From an uncultured Acidobacteriota bacterium (lineage in GTDB: Bacteria > Actinomycetota > Acidimicrobiia > Spongiisociales > ZC4RG35), in the NCBI GenBank assembly GCA_963837055.1, contig CAWILU010000006.1:100591-164590 (forward strand): a stretch of DNA of 64,000 bases, written 5' to 3'. Under the pieces are notes generated by a model, which saw only the letters and a list, made by a program, of their open reading frames with translations, did no database searches and was not told the origin of the DNA. The position numbers were made by a program, and so were the translations under genes. Shown here piece by piece: positions 29,740 to 40,113 of the stretch; position 1 is the stretch's first letter; every line of letters starts with the position of its first letter.

Positions 29740-30111
29740 ATGCCAAAGTATGCAGCGCTCATCTACGGCCCGGCCGACACCCAGGGAACGCCCGAGGAGT
29801 TGGAACGAGTGATGGACGAATACAACGAGTTCGGTGAGACGGCGGGGGCAGCGGGCGTGATTGCCGGCGGCGAGGCGTTGCACGACACGAACACCGCCAC
29901 GACGATCCACATCCCCACCGGCAAGGGTGGTGAGCCGGTGTTCACCGATGGGCCTTTCGCCGAGACCAAGGAGGTCTTGGGGGGGTTCTACCTCCTCGAT
30001 GTCGCAGACCTCGACGAGGCGCTGAAGTGGGCGCAGCAGATCCCCGGTGCCTGGTATGGGCGAGTCGAGGTTCGCCCCGTGGTGGAGTTCGAAGAGGGGC
30101 CAATGGCCTGA
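29740..30111 (+). CDS. YciI/DGPF domain protein
   Basis: TDGPFAETKEVLGGFYLL and VEVRPV. Confidence 0.9.
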   Translation: MPKYAALIYGPADTQGTPEELERVMDEYNEFGETAGAAGVIAGGEALHDTNTATTIHIPTGKGGEPVFTDGPFAETKEVLGGFYLLDVADLDEALKWAQQIPGAWYGRVEVRPVVEFEEGPMA

Positions 30112-30144
30112 GATGGCGGTTCGCGGGGTCGCCGACTCCGACGG

Positions 30145-31131
30145 CTAGATCAGACCGAGCTCCTCGACCGCATCCCGCTCCTCGATCAACTCCGCTACGG
30201 ATGCCTCGATCCGGGAACGTGAGTATTCGTCGATCTCGAGACCCTGCACGATCTCCCACCTTCGGTCACGGGAGATACATGGGAAGGACGACATCAGGCC
30301 CTCGGGAACACCGTAGGAGCCATCTGAGGGGACCCCCATGGACACCCAGTCTCCTTCGGGCGTGCCCAACCACCAATCCCGGATATGGCCGATGGCGGCA
30401 TTGGCCGCCGATGCTGCCGATGAGGCCCCTCGTGCCTCGATGATGGCGGCTCCCCGCTTGGCCACCGTGGGTATGAACTCGGATTCGATCCAGGCCCGAT
30501 CGTCGACCAACTCGAGGGCGGGCACACCGTCGACCTCGCAATGGAACAGGTCCGGGTACTGGGTCGACGAATGGTTGCCCCAAATCGTCATTCTTCGGAT
30601 CGAGGACACCGGACGCCCAACCCGCTTCGCCAGTTGCGCCACTGCCCGGTTGTGGTCGAGCCTGGTCATGGCGGTGAAGTTCGCGCTGTTCATCCCCCCG
30701 GCATTGCTCATGGCGATCAAAGCGTTGGTATTGGCCGGGTTGCCGACGACCAGCACCTTTACGTCTGCTTTGGCTGCAGCGGCGATGGCCTTGCCCTGCG
30801 TGGTGAAGATCGCGCCGTTCGCCGAGAGGAGATCCGATCGCTCCATGCCCGACTTGCGGGGCATAGCGCCGACCAGCAGAGCGATGTCGGCATCGGCAAA
30901 TGCGGTCTCCGGATCGTCGGTGGCTATCGAACCGGCGAGCGATGGGAACGCTCCGTCGTCCAGCTCCATCACGACGCCTTGGAGGGCGGCGAGTGCGGGC
31001 GGGATCTCGAGCATCTGGAGGATCACCGACTGGTCTGAGCCGAGCATGTCACCCGCCGCGATCCGGAACACCAGGCTGTAGCCGATCTGGCCGGCCGCTC
31101 CCGTCACGGCAATGCGTAGTGGCTCGCTCAT
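30145..31131 (-). CDS. mdh: Malate dehydrogenase
   Basis: [40 protein letters not shown] and WGNHS.TQYPD. Confidence 0.96.
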   Translation of the reverse strand: MSEPLRIAVTGAAGQIGYSLVFRIAAGDMLGSDQSVILQMLEIPPALAALQGVVMELDDGAFPSLAGSIATDDPETAFADADIALLVGAMPRKSGMERSDLLSANGAIFTTQGKAIAAAAKADVKVLVVGNPANTNALIAMSNAGGMNSANFTAMTRLDHNRAVAQLAKRVGRPVSSIRRMTIWGNHSSTQYPDLFHCEVDGVPALELVDDRAWIESEFIPTVAKRGAAIIEARGASSAASAANAAIGHIRDWWLGTPEGDWVSMGVPSDGSYGVPEGLMSSFPCISRDRRWEIVQGLEIDEYSRSRIEASVAELIEERDAVEELGLI

Positions 31132-31159
31132 GGTTGCGAAGGTATCCCGCGCCTCGGGC

Positions 31160-31996
31160 TCACGTGAAATCCAGGGCGATGTCGAGTTGCGGAGCCGAAT
31201 GAGTGATCCAGCCAACCGAGATGATGTCGACGCCGGTTTCCGCGATGAGCCGCACGTTGTCGAGGGTCACGCCCCCTGACGCCTCGACGGTGATCCGTTC
31301 TGCCGCCACCTCAACCGCTTGTTGCAGCATCTCAGGGCCCATGTTGTCGAGCAAGACCCGGTCGGCGTCGGTCTGCAGGACCAAAACCAACTGCTCGAGA
31401 CTCACCACTTCGACCTCGATCATCACTCCCGGGCTGACCGCTGCCCTGGCGGCTTGGACCGCGGCCGCGATGTCCCCGGCTGCGGCCAGATGGTTGTCCT
31501 TGATGAGGACCGCGTCGTACAAGCCGAATCGGTGATTCATGCCTCCCCCCACCCGGACGGCATATTTGTCGAGGGCTCGGAGGCCGGGCATGGTCTTTCG
31601 CGTGTCCGAGATCCGGGCCCCGGTGCCCTCCACAGCCTGGACCAGTGCCGCGGTGGCGGTGGCCACTCCCGACATCCGGCCCAATAGGTTGAGAGCCGTC
31701 CGCTCTCCGCTCAGGATCGAGCGGGCGTGACCCGCGATCGCGGCCAGGGTGTCGCCTTCCTCGACCCGCTCGCCCTCCTCCACCTGGGGCTCGAAGACGA
31801 TCGACGGGTCGAGGGCTTCGAAGACATAGGCAGCCACTTCCAGCCCGGCGATCACTCCGGGAGCCCTGGCGACGAACATTCCCTTGCTCTCCGCCGTCTG
31901 GGGGATACAGGAATCAGAGGTGATGTCCCCTTGAGAGCCGAGATCCTCGGACAGGGCCCGACCCACCACTTCAACGTAATCGGCGCGCAGCATCAA
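31160..31996 (-). CDS. nadC: Quinolinate phosphoribosyltransferase
   Basis: ERTALN, DTRKT.PGLR.L.KYAV, NHRFGL, LIKDNH and EASGG; start TTG 31996 or ATG 31993. Confidence 0.95.
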   Translation of the reverse strand: MMLRADYVEVVGRALSEDLGSQGDITSDSCIPQTAESKGMFVARAPGVIAGLEVAAYVFEALDPSIVFEPQVEEGERVEEGDTLAAIAGHARSILSGERTALNLLGRMSGVATATAALVQAVEGTGARISDTRKTMPGLRALDKYAVRVGGGMNHRFGLYDAVLIKDNHLAAAGDIAAAVQAARAAVSPGVMIEVEVVSLEQLVLVLQTDADRVLLDNMGPEMLQQAVEVAAERITVEASGGVTLDNVRLIAETGVDIISVGWITHSAPQLDIALDFT

Positions 31997-33510
31997 CCCA
32001 CCCCGGACATCTGTGCTCGGGTCGGGTCGATGAGGGTGCGGTGCTCCTGCATCGGGTCGGGGTCCGGATAATCCGCCCGATAGTGGCCGCCCCTCGACTC
32101 AGACCGCCGCAGAGCGGCCAGGATGACCATCAAAGACAGCTCGACGGCCACCCGACCCGCAATCGTTCGACGGAGCACGGAGTCGAGATCGAGAAGGTGG
32201 TTCCTGGCCTCCCACAAACCGGGCCCGGTGCGGACCAGGCCGACTCGGTCCCACATGATCTGACGGAGATCCTCCAAGGCCGGCCCAGCAACCAGTGGGA
32301 GGTCGAAGGCCTCTTTGGGGGCCGAGGGCTCTCCCTCGGGCTCGACCATGGAGGTGACAACGTCGGCCGACGCCCGCGCCCCAAACACCAGCCCTTCGAG
32401 CAAGGAGTTGGAGGCGAGGCGATTGGCGCCGTGCACGCCGGTAGAGCTGCACTCCCCCACCGCCCAGAGACCCGGCACCGAGGTTCTCCCATTGGCGTCG
32501 GCATCGATCCCGCCCATGTAGTAGTGAGCGGCGGGCGAGACCGGGAGCAGGTGCTCGGAGGGATCGAGGTCGACGGAATGGGCATGTGCGTTGACGGTCG
32601 GGAACCGGTCGGGGAAGTCGACGATCGAGCTGGCATCGAGGTATGCCCCGCCCAGCCCTCGGTCGTACTGCCAGAAGATTGCCCGGGCCACGATATCGCG
32701 AGGTGCAAGCTCGGCCATGGGGTGATACTGCGGCATGAAACGCCTGCCGTGTGCATCCACGAGGATCGCTCCCTCTCCCCGGAGCGCCTCGGTGAGAAGT
32801 GGCATCGGATCCTTGCCGACGTGGAGGGCTGTCGGATGGAATTGGACGAATTCGAGGTCGGCGAGCCGCGCCCCCGCCCGCCCCGCCATGGCGATGCCGT
32901 CTCCGGTCACCGCACTTGGGTTCGTTGTCTGCGAATAGAGCCGACCAGCGCCGCCGGTGGCGAGGATCACGGCAGGTGCGAGGAGCACCTCACGTTTCTT
33001 TCCCTCGCTGACTACAACGCCGGACACTCGGTCGTCGATCATCACCAGGTCGATGACCTTCCGCTGGATGGTGGTGACCCTGTCGCCGGCTTCTACCGCC
33101 GCGATCAGCGCCCGCATGACCTCGGCCCCGGTCGCGTCGCCATCGGCGTGAAGGACCCGGCGAGTTCGGTGCCCGCCCTCCCGGGCGAGCAGTAGCTCGC
33201 CATCGTCGTCGCGGTCGAATCTGGCACCAAGGGCGATCAGGTTCTCGACCGCGGCGAGACCGCCATGGGTCAAGATGTCGACGATTTTCTCGACCCCGAG
33301 GCCTCCGGAGACACTGAGCGTGTCGTCGGCGTGCTGCCGAGGTGAGTCGTCAGGTGACCAGGCCACCGCGATCCCGCCCTGGGCCCACCAGGTCGAGCCC
33401 ATCTCGGAAGAGGTGACCACATAGGCGCGGGGCAGCCCCAGCGCCACGGTCAGCCCGGCGACGCCGGCACCAACGACCAGTGGGGCATCGAGCCGTGTGA
33501 TCTCGGTCAA
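31993..33510 (-). CDS. nadB: L-aspartate oxidase
   Basis: GAGVAGL, WAQGGIA, EFVQFHPT, LLTEALRGEG, HYYMGG and HGANRLASNSLLEG; lies between nadA and nadC. Confidence 0.92.
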   Translation of the reverse strand: MTEITRLDAPLVVGAGVAGLTVALGLPRAYVVTSSEMGSTWWAQGGIAVAWSPDDSPRQHADDTLSVSGGLGVEKIVDILTHGGLAAVENLIALGARFDRDDDGELLLAREGGHRTRRVLHADGDATGAEVMRALIAAVEAGDRVTTIQRKVIDLVMIDDRVSGVVVSEGKKREVLLAPAVILATGGAGRLYSQTTNPSAVTGDGIAMAGRAGARLADLEFVQFHPTALHVGKDPMPLLTEALRGEGAILVDAHGRRFMPQYHPMAELAPRDIVARAIFWQYDRGLGGAYLDASSIVDFPDRFPTVNAHAHSVDLDPSEHLLPVSPAAHYYMGGIDADANGRTSVPGLWAVGECSSTGVHGANRLASNSLLEGLVFGARASADVVTSMVEPEGEPSAPKEAFDLPLVAGPALEDLRQIMWDRVGLVRTGPGLWEARNHLLDLDSVLRRTIAGRVAVELSLMVILAALRRSESRGGHYRADYPDPDPMQEHRTLIDPTRAQMSGVG

Positions 33511-33522
33511 GAGTGGAAGTCC

Positions 33523-34491
33523 CTAGTCCTTGCGGCCGACATCGAGCATCCGCATCACGGCCTGCCTGGCCCGGCCGGCCACTTCGGGAGCGATCTCGAC
33601 CTGATGGGTGAGAGTGGCCAGCGAGTTCCGGATGTTGTCGAGGGTGATGCGCTTCATGTAGGGGCAGAGATTGCAGGGGCGCACGTACTCGGTGCCCGGT
33701 GTCTCACGAGACACGTTGTCTGCCATCGAGCACTCAGTGATCATCATCACCCGGTCTGGCTGCCTGGTCTTGACCCAATCGATCATCGCATGGGTGGAGC
33801 CGACGAAGTCCGCCTCTGCCAGCACGTCGGGCGGGCACTCGGGGTGTGCAATCACCGGGATCTCGCCGTACGACTTCCGGTAATCGGCGATCTCGTCTCC
33901 GGTGAATCTCTCGTGGACGATGCAGGAGCCTTCCCACAGGATCACGTCGACATCGGTCTGGGTGGCGACCCACCTCCCGAGGTACTGGTCCGGGGTGAAT
34001 ATCACCCGGTCGACACCGAGTGACTCGACCACAGCAACTGCGTTGGAAGAGGTACAGGTGATGTCCGACTCCGCTTTGACCTCGGCCGAAGTATTGACAT
34101 AGGTGACGACGGGAACCCCGGGATGATCGGCTTTCAGACGCCGGACGTCTGCACCGGTGATCCCGTCCGCCAGCGAACAACCTGCCTCGAGATCGGGGAT
34201 GAGGACCATCTTCTCCGGGTTGATGATCTTGGCCGTCTCCGCCATGAAGTGGACGCCGGCGAGCACGATCACCTCGGCGGCGGTATCCAGGGCCAGTTGG
34301 GCAAGGGCGAGAGAGTCTCCGGTGATGTCCGCAGCCAGGTGGTAGATGTCGGGCGTCATGTAGTTGTGAGCGGCGACGATGGCGTTCCGCTCCAGTTTGA
34401 GGCGATCGATCTCCTCGATGATCGGCCCGAGCGCGGCGATCTCTTCTGCGGGCAGGACATCAGAAGGACGGGTGATCTGGACGGTGGTCAT
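33523..34491 (-). CDS. nadA: Quinolinate synthase
   Basis: AHNY, GDSL.LA, GVHFMAETAK, AGCSLAD, YVNTSA, HPEC and CPYMK. Confidence 0.96.
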   Translation of the reverse strand: MTTVQITRPSDVLPAEEIAALGPIIEEIDRLKLERNAIVAAHNYMTPDIYHLAADITGDSLALAQLALDTAAEVIVLAGVHFMAETAKIINPEKMVLIPDLEAGCSLADGITGADVRRLKADHPGVPVVTYVNTSAEVKAESDITCTSSNAVAVVESLGVDRVIFTPDQYLGRWVATQTDVDVILWEGSCIVHERFTGDEIADYRKSYGEIPVIAHPECPPDVLAEADFVGSTHAMIDWVKTRQPDRVMMITECSMADNVSRETPGTEYVRPCNLCPYMKRITLDNIRNSLATLTHQVEIAPEVAGRARQAVMRMLDVGRKD

Positions 34492-34576
34492 GGGCTCCCG
34501 CTCGGTGGGATCAGTGTAGGAGAGGTGATGCAGCAGCCATCAGGCGAGCATTGTGCTCGGTGACCGTCCTGCCCTA

Positions 34577-35780
34577 CTACATGTGCCCGATGATGGCGTC
34601 GCCGAACTCGGAGGTCTTGACCTCGGTGGCATCGTCGGTGAGACGGGCGAAGTCGTAGGTGACGGTCCTGGCCTTGATGGCCCCCTCCAGCCCCCTGATG
34701 ATCAGATCGGCGGCCTCGTTCCATCCGAGATAGCGGAACATCATCTCACCCGGAGAGGATGATCGACCCGGGGTTGACCTTGTCCTGGCCGGCGTATTTG
34801 GGGGCAGTTCCGTGGGTGGCCTCGAACACTGCGATGCCGGTGTCGTAGTTGATGTTCCCACCGGGCGCGATCCCGATGCCCCCGACCTGGGCTGCCAGGG
34901 CGTCAGAGATGTAATCCCCATTGAGATTGGTAGTAGCGATGACGTCGTAGTTGGCGGGCCGGGTCAACACCTGTTGCAGCATCGCATCGGCGATCACGTC
35001 CTGAACCAGCAGTTTGTCCCCCGGATCACCGCCGCTGTCCTCCCAAGAGATCGCCACATCGGCGAACTCCTCCTTCACCAGTTCGTAGCCCCAGTTGCGA
35101 AATGCCCCCTCGGTGAACTTCTGGATGTTTCCCTTGTGGACCAAGGTCACCGACCGACGCCCGTTGGCGAGAGCGTGCTTGATGGCAGCCCGGATCAGAC
35201 GCTTCGAGCCGGTGATCGACACCGGCTTGAGCCCGATCCCGGAATCGGGCCGGACCTCCCAGCCGTACTCCGCCCGAACGAACTCGATCAGCCGGGAAAC
35301 GTCCTCTGTGTTTGCCTCCAGCTCCAGCCCGGCGTACACGTCTTCAGTGTTCTCACGGAAGATCACCATGTCGACCTGCCCGGGATCCTTTACCGGTGAT
35401 GGAACCCCCTCGAACCAGCGCACCGGCCGCACACAGGCATATAGGTCCATGAGTTGGCGGAGCGCGACGTTGAGGGAGCGAATTCCGCCCCCAACCGGTG
35501 TGGTCAACGGGCCTTTGATCCCGACCAGCTGGTCCCGGAAGCTACTCACCGTCTCGTCGGGGAGCCAGGAACCGGTCTCGTTGAATGCCTTCTCGCCGGC
35601 AAGAACCTCTTTCCAGGCAACCGCGCGCTCGTCGCCGTAGGCACCTTTCACTGCGGCATCGAAGACCCGGACTGCTGCCGCCCAGATGTCAGGACCGATC
35701 CCGTCACCTTCGATGTAAGGGATGATCGGGTCGGGCGGCACCATCAAGCCGTCCGGGCCCAATGTGATGGATGTTGGCAT
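34577..35780 (-). CDS. icd: NADP-dependent isocitrate dehydrogenase (apparent +1 frameshift at about 34750)
   Basis: [48 protein letters not shown] and [11 protein letters not shown]; the C-terminus [17 protein letters not shown] is in the adjacent frame. Confidence 0.93.
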
Positions 35781-35821
35781 CGCAGGGCGAGGTTAGCCCT
35801 GAGGCCAACGGCCAACTCGGC

Positions 35822-36259
35822 TCAGATGCCCGAGCCCTCCAGAGTCCCCGATACCTTGGCCAGATCCATCCGATAGACAAAGCACGCCACCACCCGGTCG
35901 CCTGCATCCCAAGATCCGGCGGTCGGCACCAGCCACCCGAAGTCGAGAGCCGACGTCTCGTAGTCGAGCCCGACGAATCCCTGGAACGCAGTGAGACAGA
36001 CATCGTCGGCCTCGGTCCGGATCGCCTCATCGCCGGGGAACATGTCACCCTCGACATCGACTACCGCATAGACCTCGTTGTCGTGTGGCTCCGAGCACTC
36101 GACCAGGGGCACCTCACCGATCTCTTCGACTTCGCCGAGGACCAGATCGCCGTCATCGAAGCAATCCCCCACCGCGAGCTCGAAGACATTGCCGGAGCAG
36201 GCACCGAGCAGCAATGCGATTGCCACGACTCCCACCAGATGCCGGGATTGATGTCTCAC
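35822..36259 (-). CDS. Lipoprotein with septum-formation-family (Cys-paired) domain
   Basis: Lipobox LLLGAC; L.VGDCF, V.CSEPHDNEV and W.AGDR.V.C. Confidence 0.75.
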   Translation of the reverse strand: MRHQSRHLVGVVAIALLLGACSGNVFELAVGDCFDDGDLVLGEVEEIGEVPLVECSEPHDNEVYAVVDVEGDMFPGDEAIRTEADDVCLTAFQGFVGLDYETSALDFGWLVPTAGSWDAGDRVVACFVYRMDLAKVSGTLEGSGI

Positions 36260-36291
36260 CCGGTCAATTTCGACCGTTTCGACGATCTTCT

Positions 36292-37137
36292 TTACTGGCG
36301 TCGGACCCGGGCCGCTTCCAGGGTGTTGACCAGGAGCATTGCCCTCGTCATCGGGCCGACCCCGCCGGGAACCGGTGTGATCGATCCCGCCACTTCTCGC
36401 ACCGAGTCGAAATCGACATCCCCCGCCAGCCCGTCCTCCACGCGGCTGATACCAACGTCGATGACGGCCGCGCCTGGCTTGACGTATTCGGCGGTGATCA
36501 TCCGTGGGACGCCGACCGCGGCTACCAGGATGTCGGCCCCTCGTGAGACCGCGGCCAGCTGCGGGGTCCGGGAATGCGCCATGGTCACGGTGGCGTCGAC
36601 CCCCTTGCTCGACAGCATCAGCGCCAGTGGGCGCCCCACCAGGAACGAGCGCCCGATCACCACCGACGTCCTCCCTGCCACCTCCACCTCGTTGTCCTCG
36701 AGCATCCGGATGACCCCGCTCGGGGTGCACGGCCGGAGACCGGGGCGGCCGAGCACGAGAAGACCGAGGTTGTGAGGATGGAGACCGTCGACGTCTTTGG
36801 CGGGGTCGAGAGAAGACACCACTCTCTCCGAATCGAGGCTCCCCGGCAACGGGAGCTGGACCAGGATCCCGTCGACCTCGTCGTTCGCGTTCAACTCGCC
36901 GACCACGCTTTCGAGGCCTGCCTGGGAAACGTCGGGGGGCAGCTCATGGTGAAAGGACCGAATCCCAACTTCCTCGGCATCGCTTCGCTTGCCCCTGACG
37001 TAGGTGTGTGAGGCCGGGTCGTCGCCGACCAGGACGGTGGCCAATCCCGGCCGATAGTCGAGCAATGCCACCGACGCAGCCACCTCCGCTTTCACCTTCC
37101 GTGCGGACTCCTTACCGTCGAGGATCCTGGCGCTCAT
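36292..37137 (-). CDS. folD: Methylenetetrahydrofolate dehydrogenase/cyclohydrolase
   Basis: VQLPLP, KDVDGLHP, PCTP.G, GRSFLVGRP and TPVPGGVGPMT. Confidence 0.96.
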   Translation of the reverse strand: MSARILDGKESARKVKAEVAASVALLDYRPGLATVLVGDDPASHTYVRGKRSDAEEVGIRSFHHELPPDVSQAGLESVVGELNANDEVDGILVQLPLPGSLDSERVVSSLDPAKDVDGLHPHNLGLLVLGRPGLRPCTPSGVIRMLEDNEVEVAGRTSVVIGRSFLVGRPLALMLSSKGVDATVTMAHSRTPQLAAVSRGADILVAAVGVPRMITAEYVKPGAAVIDVGISRVEDGLAGDVDFDSVREVAGSITPVPGGVGPMTRAMLLVNTLEAARVRRQ

Positions 37138-38645
37138 CAGTGCTTGAAATGCCTTCGTCCGGTGAACACCAGCGAGATCCCATGCTCGTTTGCTGCAGCG
37201 ATCAACTCCGGGTCGTTGCGGGAACCACCTGGTTCCGCCACCGCGGTCACCCCCGCCTGGGCCAGCACATCGAGGCCGTCGCGGAACGGGAAGAATGCAT
37301 CGGAGGCGGCCACAGCTCCCGCCGATCGGTCACCGGCGCGGGCCAGTGCCCTTTCCGCTGCACCTACCCGCGATTGGTCGCCCGCGCCGACGCCGACCGC
37401 CGCCCGATCCTTGACCACGACGATGGCATTGGACTTCGTGTGCATCGCGACGATCCAGGCGAATTCGAGGTCGGCTCGTTCTTCCTCGGTTGGCTGACGG
37501 TCCGACACGACCTGCCATTCCTCGCCCTCCGCCGAATCCCGAGCCTGGGCGAGGAGCCCCGACTCGACCCGTCGCAAGTCGAGGTCGCCCTCCCCCGGCA
37601 TCGGGGCCTCCAGCAGGCGCAGGCTCTCCTTCGACTCCAGGACCGATCGGGCCTCTTCCTCGATGCCGGCACAGACGACCACCTCGACGAACTTCGCGGC
37701 GATCGATTCGGCCGTTGCCGCATCGAGAGTCCCGTTGATTCCGATCACCCCTCCAAACGCCGACAAGGGGTCGCAGGCCCAGGCCCGCTCGAAGGTCTCG
37801 GCCACCGTCTCGCCATAGGCGGCGCCACAGGCGTTGGTGTGCTTGACAATGGCGACCGAGCCCGGGCGGGCGGAGACCAACCTCCATACCGCCTCCGCGT
37901 CGACGTAATTGTTGAATGACATCTCCTTGCCCTGATGCCGGACCGCATCTGCCCACCACGGGCTCGCCCCGTCCTGCAGATAGAGGGCTCCGAGCTGATG
38001 GGGGTTCTCCCCGTACCTGAGGTCGGAGAAATGCCTCATCGGAAGGACCCGGTCCTCGCCGATCCAGCCCACGATCGCCGCGTCATAGGAGGCGGTGTGG
38101 AAGAAGGCCTCAGCCGCGAGCTCTCGCCGCAGGTCGTCATCGAGGCCGCCGTTCTCGACCGCGGTAGCCACCGCCTCGTACTGGCCTGATGACGTCACTA
38201 CGCCGACATATCGGTGGTTCTTGGCGGCTGCCCTCACCATCGTCGGGCCACCGATGTCGATCTTCTCGATGATCTCAGCCTCCGTGACCCCTGGCGTGGC
38301 CAGGGTCTCCCGGAAGGGATAGAGGCTCACCACCACCAGCTGGAAGGGCTCGATGCCGTTCGCTTCGAGATCGGCCAGATCTTCCTCCTGGTCGGTCCGG
38401 GCCAGGATGGCGCCGTGGATCGACGGGTGAAGGGTCTTGACCCTGCCACCCAGCATCTCGGGCGCCCCGGTGACCTCGGCGACCGTGCCCACCTCGATGC
38501 CGGCGACGGTCAATGCCACCGCGGTGCCACCCGATGAGACGATCTCGACCCCGGCCGCGGCCAGTCTCTCGGCGAACTCGACCAGACCCGTCTTGTCATA
38601 GACGCTGACCAGGGCTCGCTTGACCACGACCCGGCTCAATTCCAC
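37137..38645 (-). CDS. purH: AICAR transformylase/IMP cyclohydrolase
   Basis: ALVSVYDKTG, GRVKTLHP, IDIGGPTM.R.AAKN, LRYGENPHQ, KHTNACG and ASDAFFPF. Confidence 0.96.
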   Translation of the reverse strand: MELSRVVVKRALVSVYDKTGLVEFAERLAAAGVEIVSSGGTAVALTVAGIEVGTVAEVTGAPEMLGGRVKTLHPSIHGAILARTDQEEDLADLEANGIEPFQLVVVSLYPFRETLATPGVTEAEIIEKIDIGGPTMVRAAAKNHRYVGVVTSSGQYEAVATAVENGGLDDDLRRELAAEAFFHTASYDAAIVGWIGEDRVLPMRHFSDLRYGENPHQLGALYLQDGASPWWADAVRHQGKEMSFNNYVDAEAVWRLVSARPGSVAIVKHTNACGAAYGETVAETFERAWACDPLSAFGGVIGINGTLDAATAESIAAKFVEVVVCAGIEEEARSVLESKESLRLLEAPMPGEGDLDLRRVESGLLAQARDSAEGEEWQVVSDRQPTEEERADLEFAWIVAMHTKSNAIVVVKDRAAVGVGAGDQSRVGAAERALARAGDRSAGAVAASDAFFPFRDGLDVLAQAGVTAVAEPGGSRNDPELIAAANEHGISLVFTGRRHFKH

Positions 38646-39238
38646 CTCACCTTTCGCCCTTCCACCGCGATCTCGCCTCTGGCGAGGGCCGACACCACCT
38701 TCGGGTAGAGATCATGCTCCTCGGCCTGGATCCGGGCGTGGAGACTCTCCCGATCGTCGTCCGCGAGAACGGGGACCGCTCGCTGGGCGATTATCGGGCC
38801 ATGATCGACTTCCTCGTCGACGAAATGAACGGTGACACCAGTGACCTTGACTCCGTGCTCTATCGCCTGGTCGACGGCGTTGGCGCCGGGGAATGCGGGC
38901 AGCAGGGAGGGGTGGATATTGAGGATCCGGTTGTTGTACGCAGCCACCAGCTCACCACTCAGCACGCGCATGAACCCGGCCAGGACCAGGGCCTCGGCGG
39001 CGGCATCCTCCACCTCTTCCCGGATCGCTTTGGAGAACTCGACTCGGGAGCCGAAGTCACCCCAGGACAGGACGACGGAGGGGATCCCCGCCGATCGGGC
39101 CCGCTGCAGTGCAGTTGCATCGGGCCGATCTGAGACGACGAGAGCGATGTCCGCTCCCAGATCGGGTGCGTCGATGAGGGCCTGGAGATTGGTACCGGAG
39201 CCCGAGGCGAGGACTGCGATGTTGATGACGACCTCCAC
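38636..39238 (-). CDS. purN: Phosphoribosylglycinamide formyltransferase
   Basis: LASGSGTNLQA, LAGFMRVL, NIHPSLLPAFPG and GVTVHFVDEEVDHGPII. Confidence 0.96.
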   Translation of the reverse strand: MEVVINIAVLASGSGTNLQALIDAPDLGADIALVVSDRPDATALQRARSAGIPSVVLSWGDFGSRVEFSKAIREEVEDAAAEALVLAGFMRVLSGELVAAYNNRILNIHPSLLPAFPGANAVDQAIEHGVKVTGVTVHFVDEEVDHGPIIAQRAVPVLADDDRESLHARIQAEEHDLYPKVVSALARGEIAVEGRKVRWN

Positions 39239-39320
39239 TCGAACCGCGCAAATGGCGGCGGGAGTGTAGAGCTTGGTGGAGCCGCGCCGCCCAAGGCGTG
39301 CGATCGGCTTGAATCCGTTC

Positions 39321-39620
39321 ATGCCCTTGGAGAACGTGCCGGCTGACGAGTGGGAGACCTGGATCGAGAGCACGAATGGCCGGATTCTCGACATCCGCGA
39401 GCCGTTCGAGTGGGAACAAGGCGTCCTTCCCGGCGCCACGCTGATCTCGATGGGTGACATCCCCGAGCGTGTCGGCGAGCTCGACCCAGGTCACGCCCTG
39501 CTGGTCGTGTGCCGATCGGGGGGGCGCAGCCACCAGGTCGCGGCCTTTCTGGTAATGAACGGATTCGAGCAGGTGGCCAACATGACCGGCGGGATGCACG
39601 CATTGGGTCTCCAGGACTGA
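39321..39620 (+). CDS. Single-domain rhodanese
   Basis: LDIREPFEW and VCRSGGRS active-site loop. Confidence 0.88.
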   Translation: MPLENVPADEWETWIESTNGRILDIREPFEWEQGVLPGATLISMGDIPERVGELDPGHALLVVCRSGGRSHQVAAFLVMNGFEQVANMTGGMHALGLQD

Positions 39621-39669
39621 AACCACGCGTTCCCGATTCGAGACTGGGGACCTGCGAGAATGAGGGCCG

Positions 39670-40113
39670 ATGGAAGAGGCCCGAAAGGTGCCCGGGTGGG
39701 TTCTGCCCGTGCTCGGAGTGTTGCTGGTGGTGGGGCTGGTGGCGATCGGCCTCAACCGGGAGCCGGCGCAGTTCGACCCGTCGACTCCCGAGGGCACCGT
39801 TCAGCTCTACATCGCAGCCCTGGTCGACGGTGACTTCGAAACCGCGGCATCGTTCTGGGCTGACGACGGCTGCATTCCCGAGTCGAGCGAGCCGACCGGG
39901 GGGGCGCCCGACATCTCGGCAACGCTGGTGAGCGTGGAAGGCATCAACGACGAATCCACCGTTGTGATCGGGATCACCGACAACTCCTCGGACCCGATGA
40001 ACGGCCTCTACGAGTATGACGAGTGGTTCACGCTGGTGCGTGGCGAAGACGGGTGGAAGATCCGCCAGCCGTCGTGGCCCTACTACGACCAGGTCTGCGA
40101 GGATCCGAGTTGA
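39670..40113 (+). CDS. Membrane-anchored hypothetical protein
   Basis: N-terminal TM then DPSTPEGTVQLYIAAL; coupled to the next gene by a TTGA overlap. Confidence 0.65.
   Translation: MEEARKVPGWVLPVLGVLLVVGLVAIGLNREPAQFDPSTPEGTVQLYIAALVDGDFETAASFWADDGCIPESSEPTGGAPDISATLVSVEGINDESTVVIGITDNSSDPMNGLYEYDEWFTLVRGEDGWKIRQPSWPYYDQVCEDPS

Noticed and set aside
34746-34752. In-frame TGA in icd as selenocysteine or programmed recoding
   Set aside because: The continuation is in a different frame, and removing one G from the GGG run restores the canonical SGEMM sequence, so it is an indel rather than readthrough.
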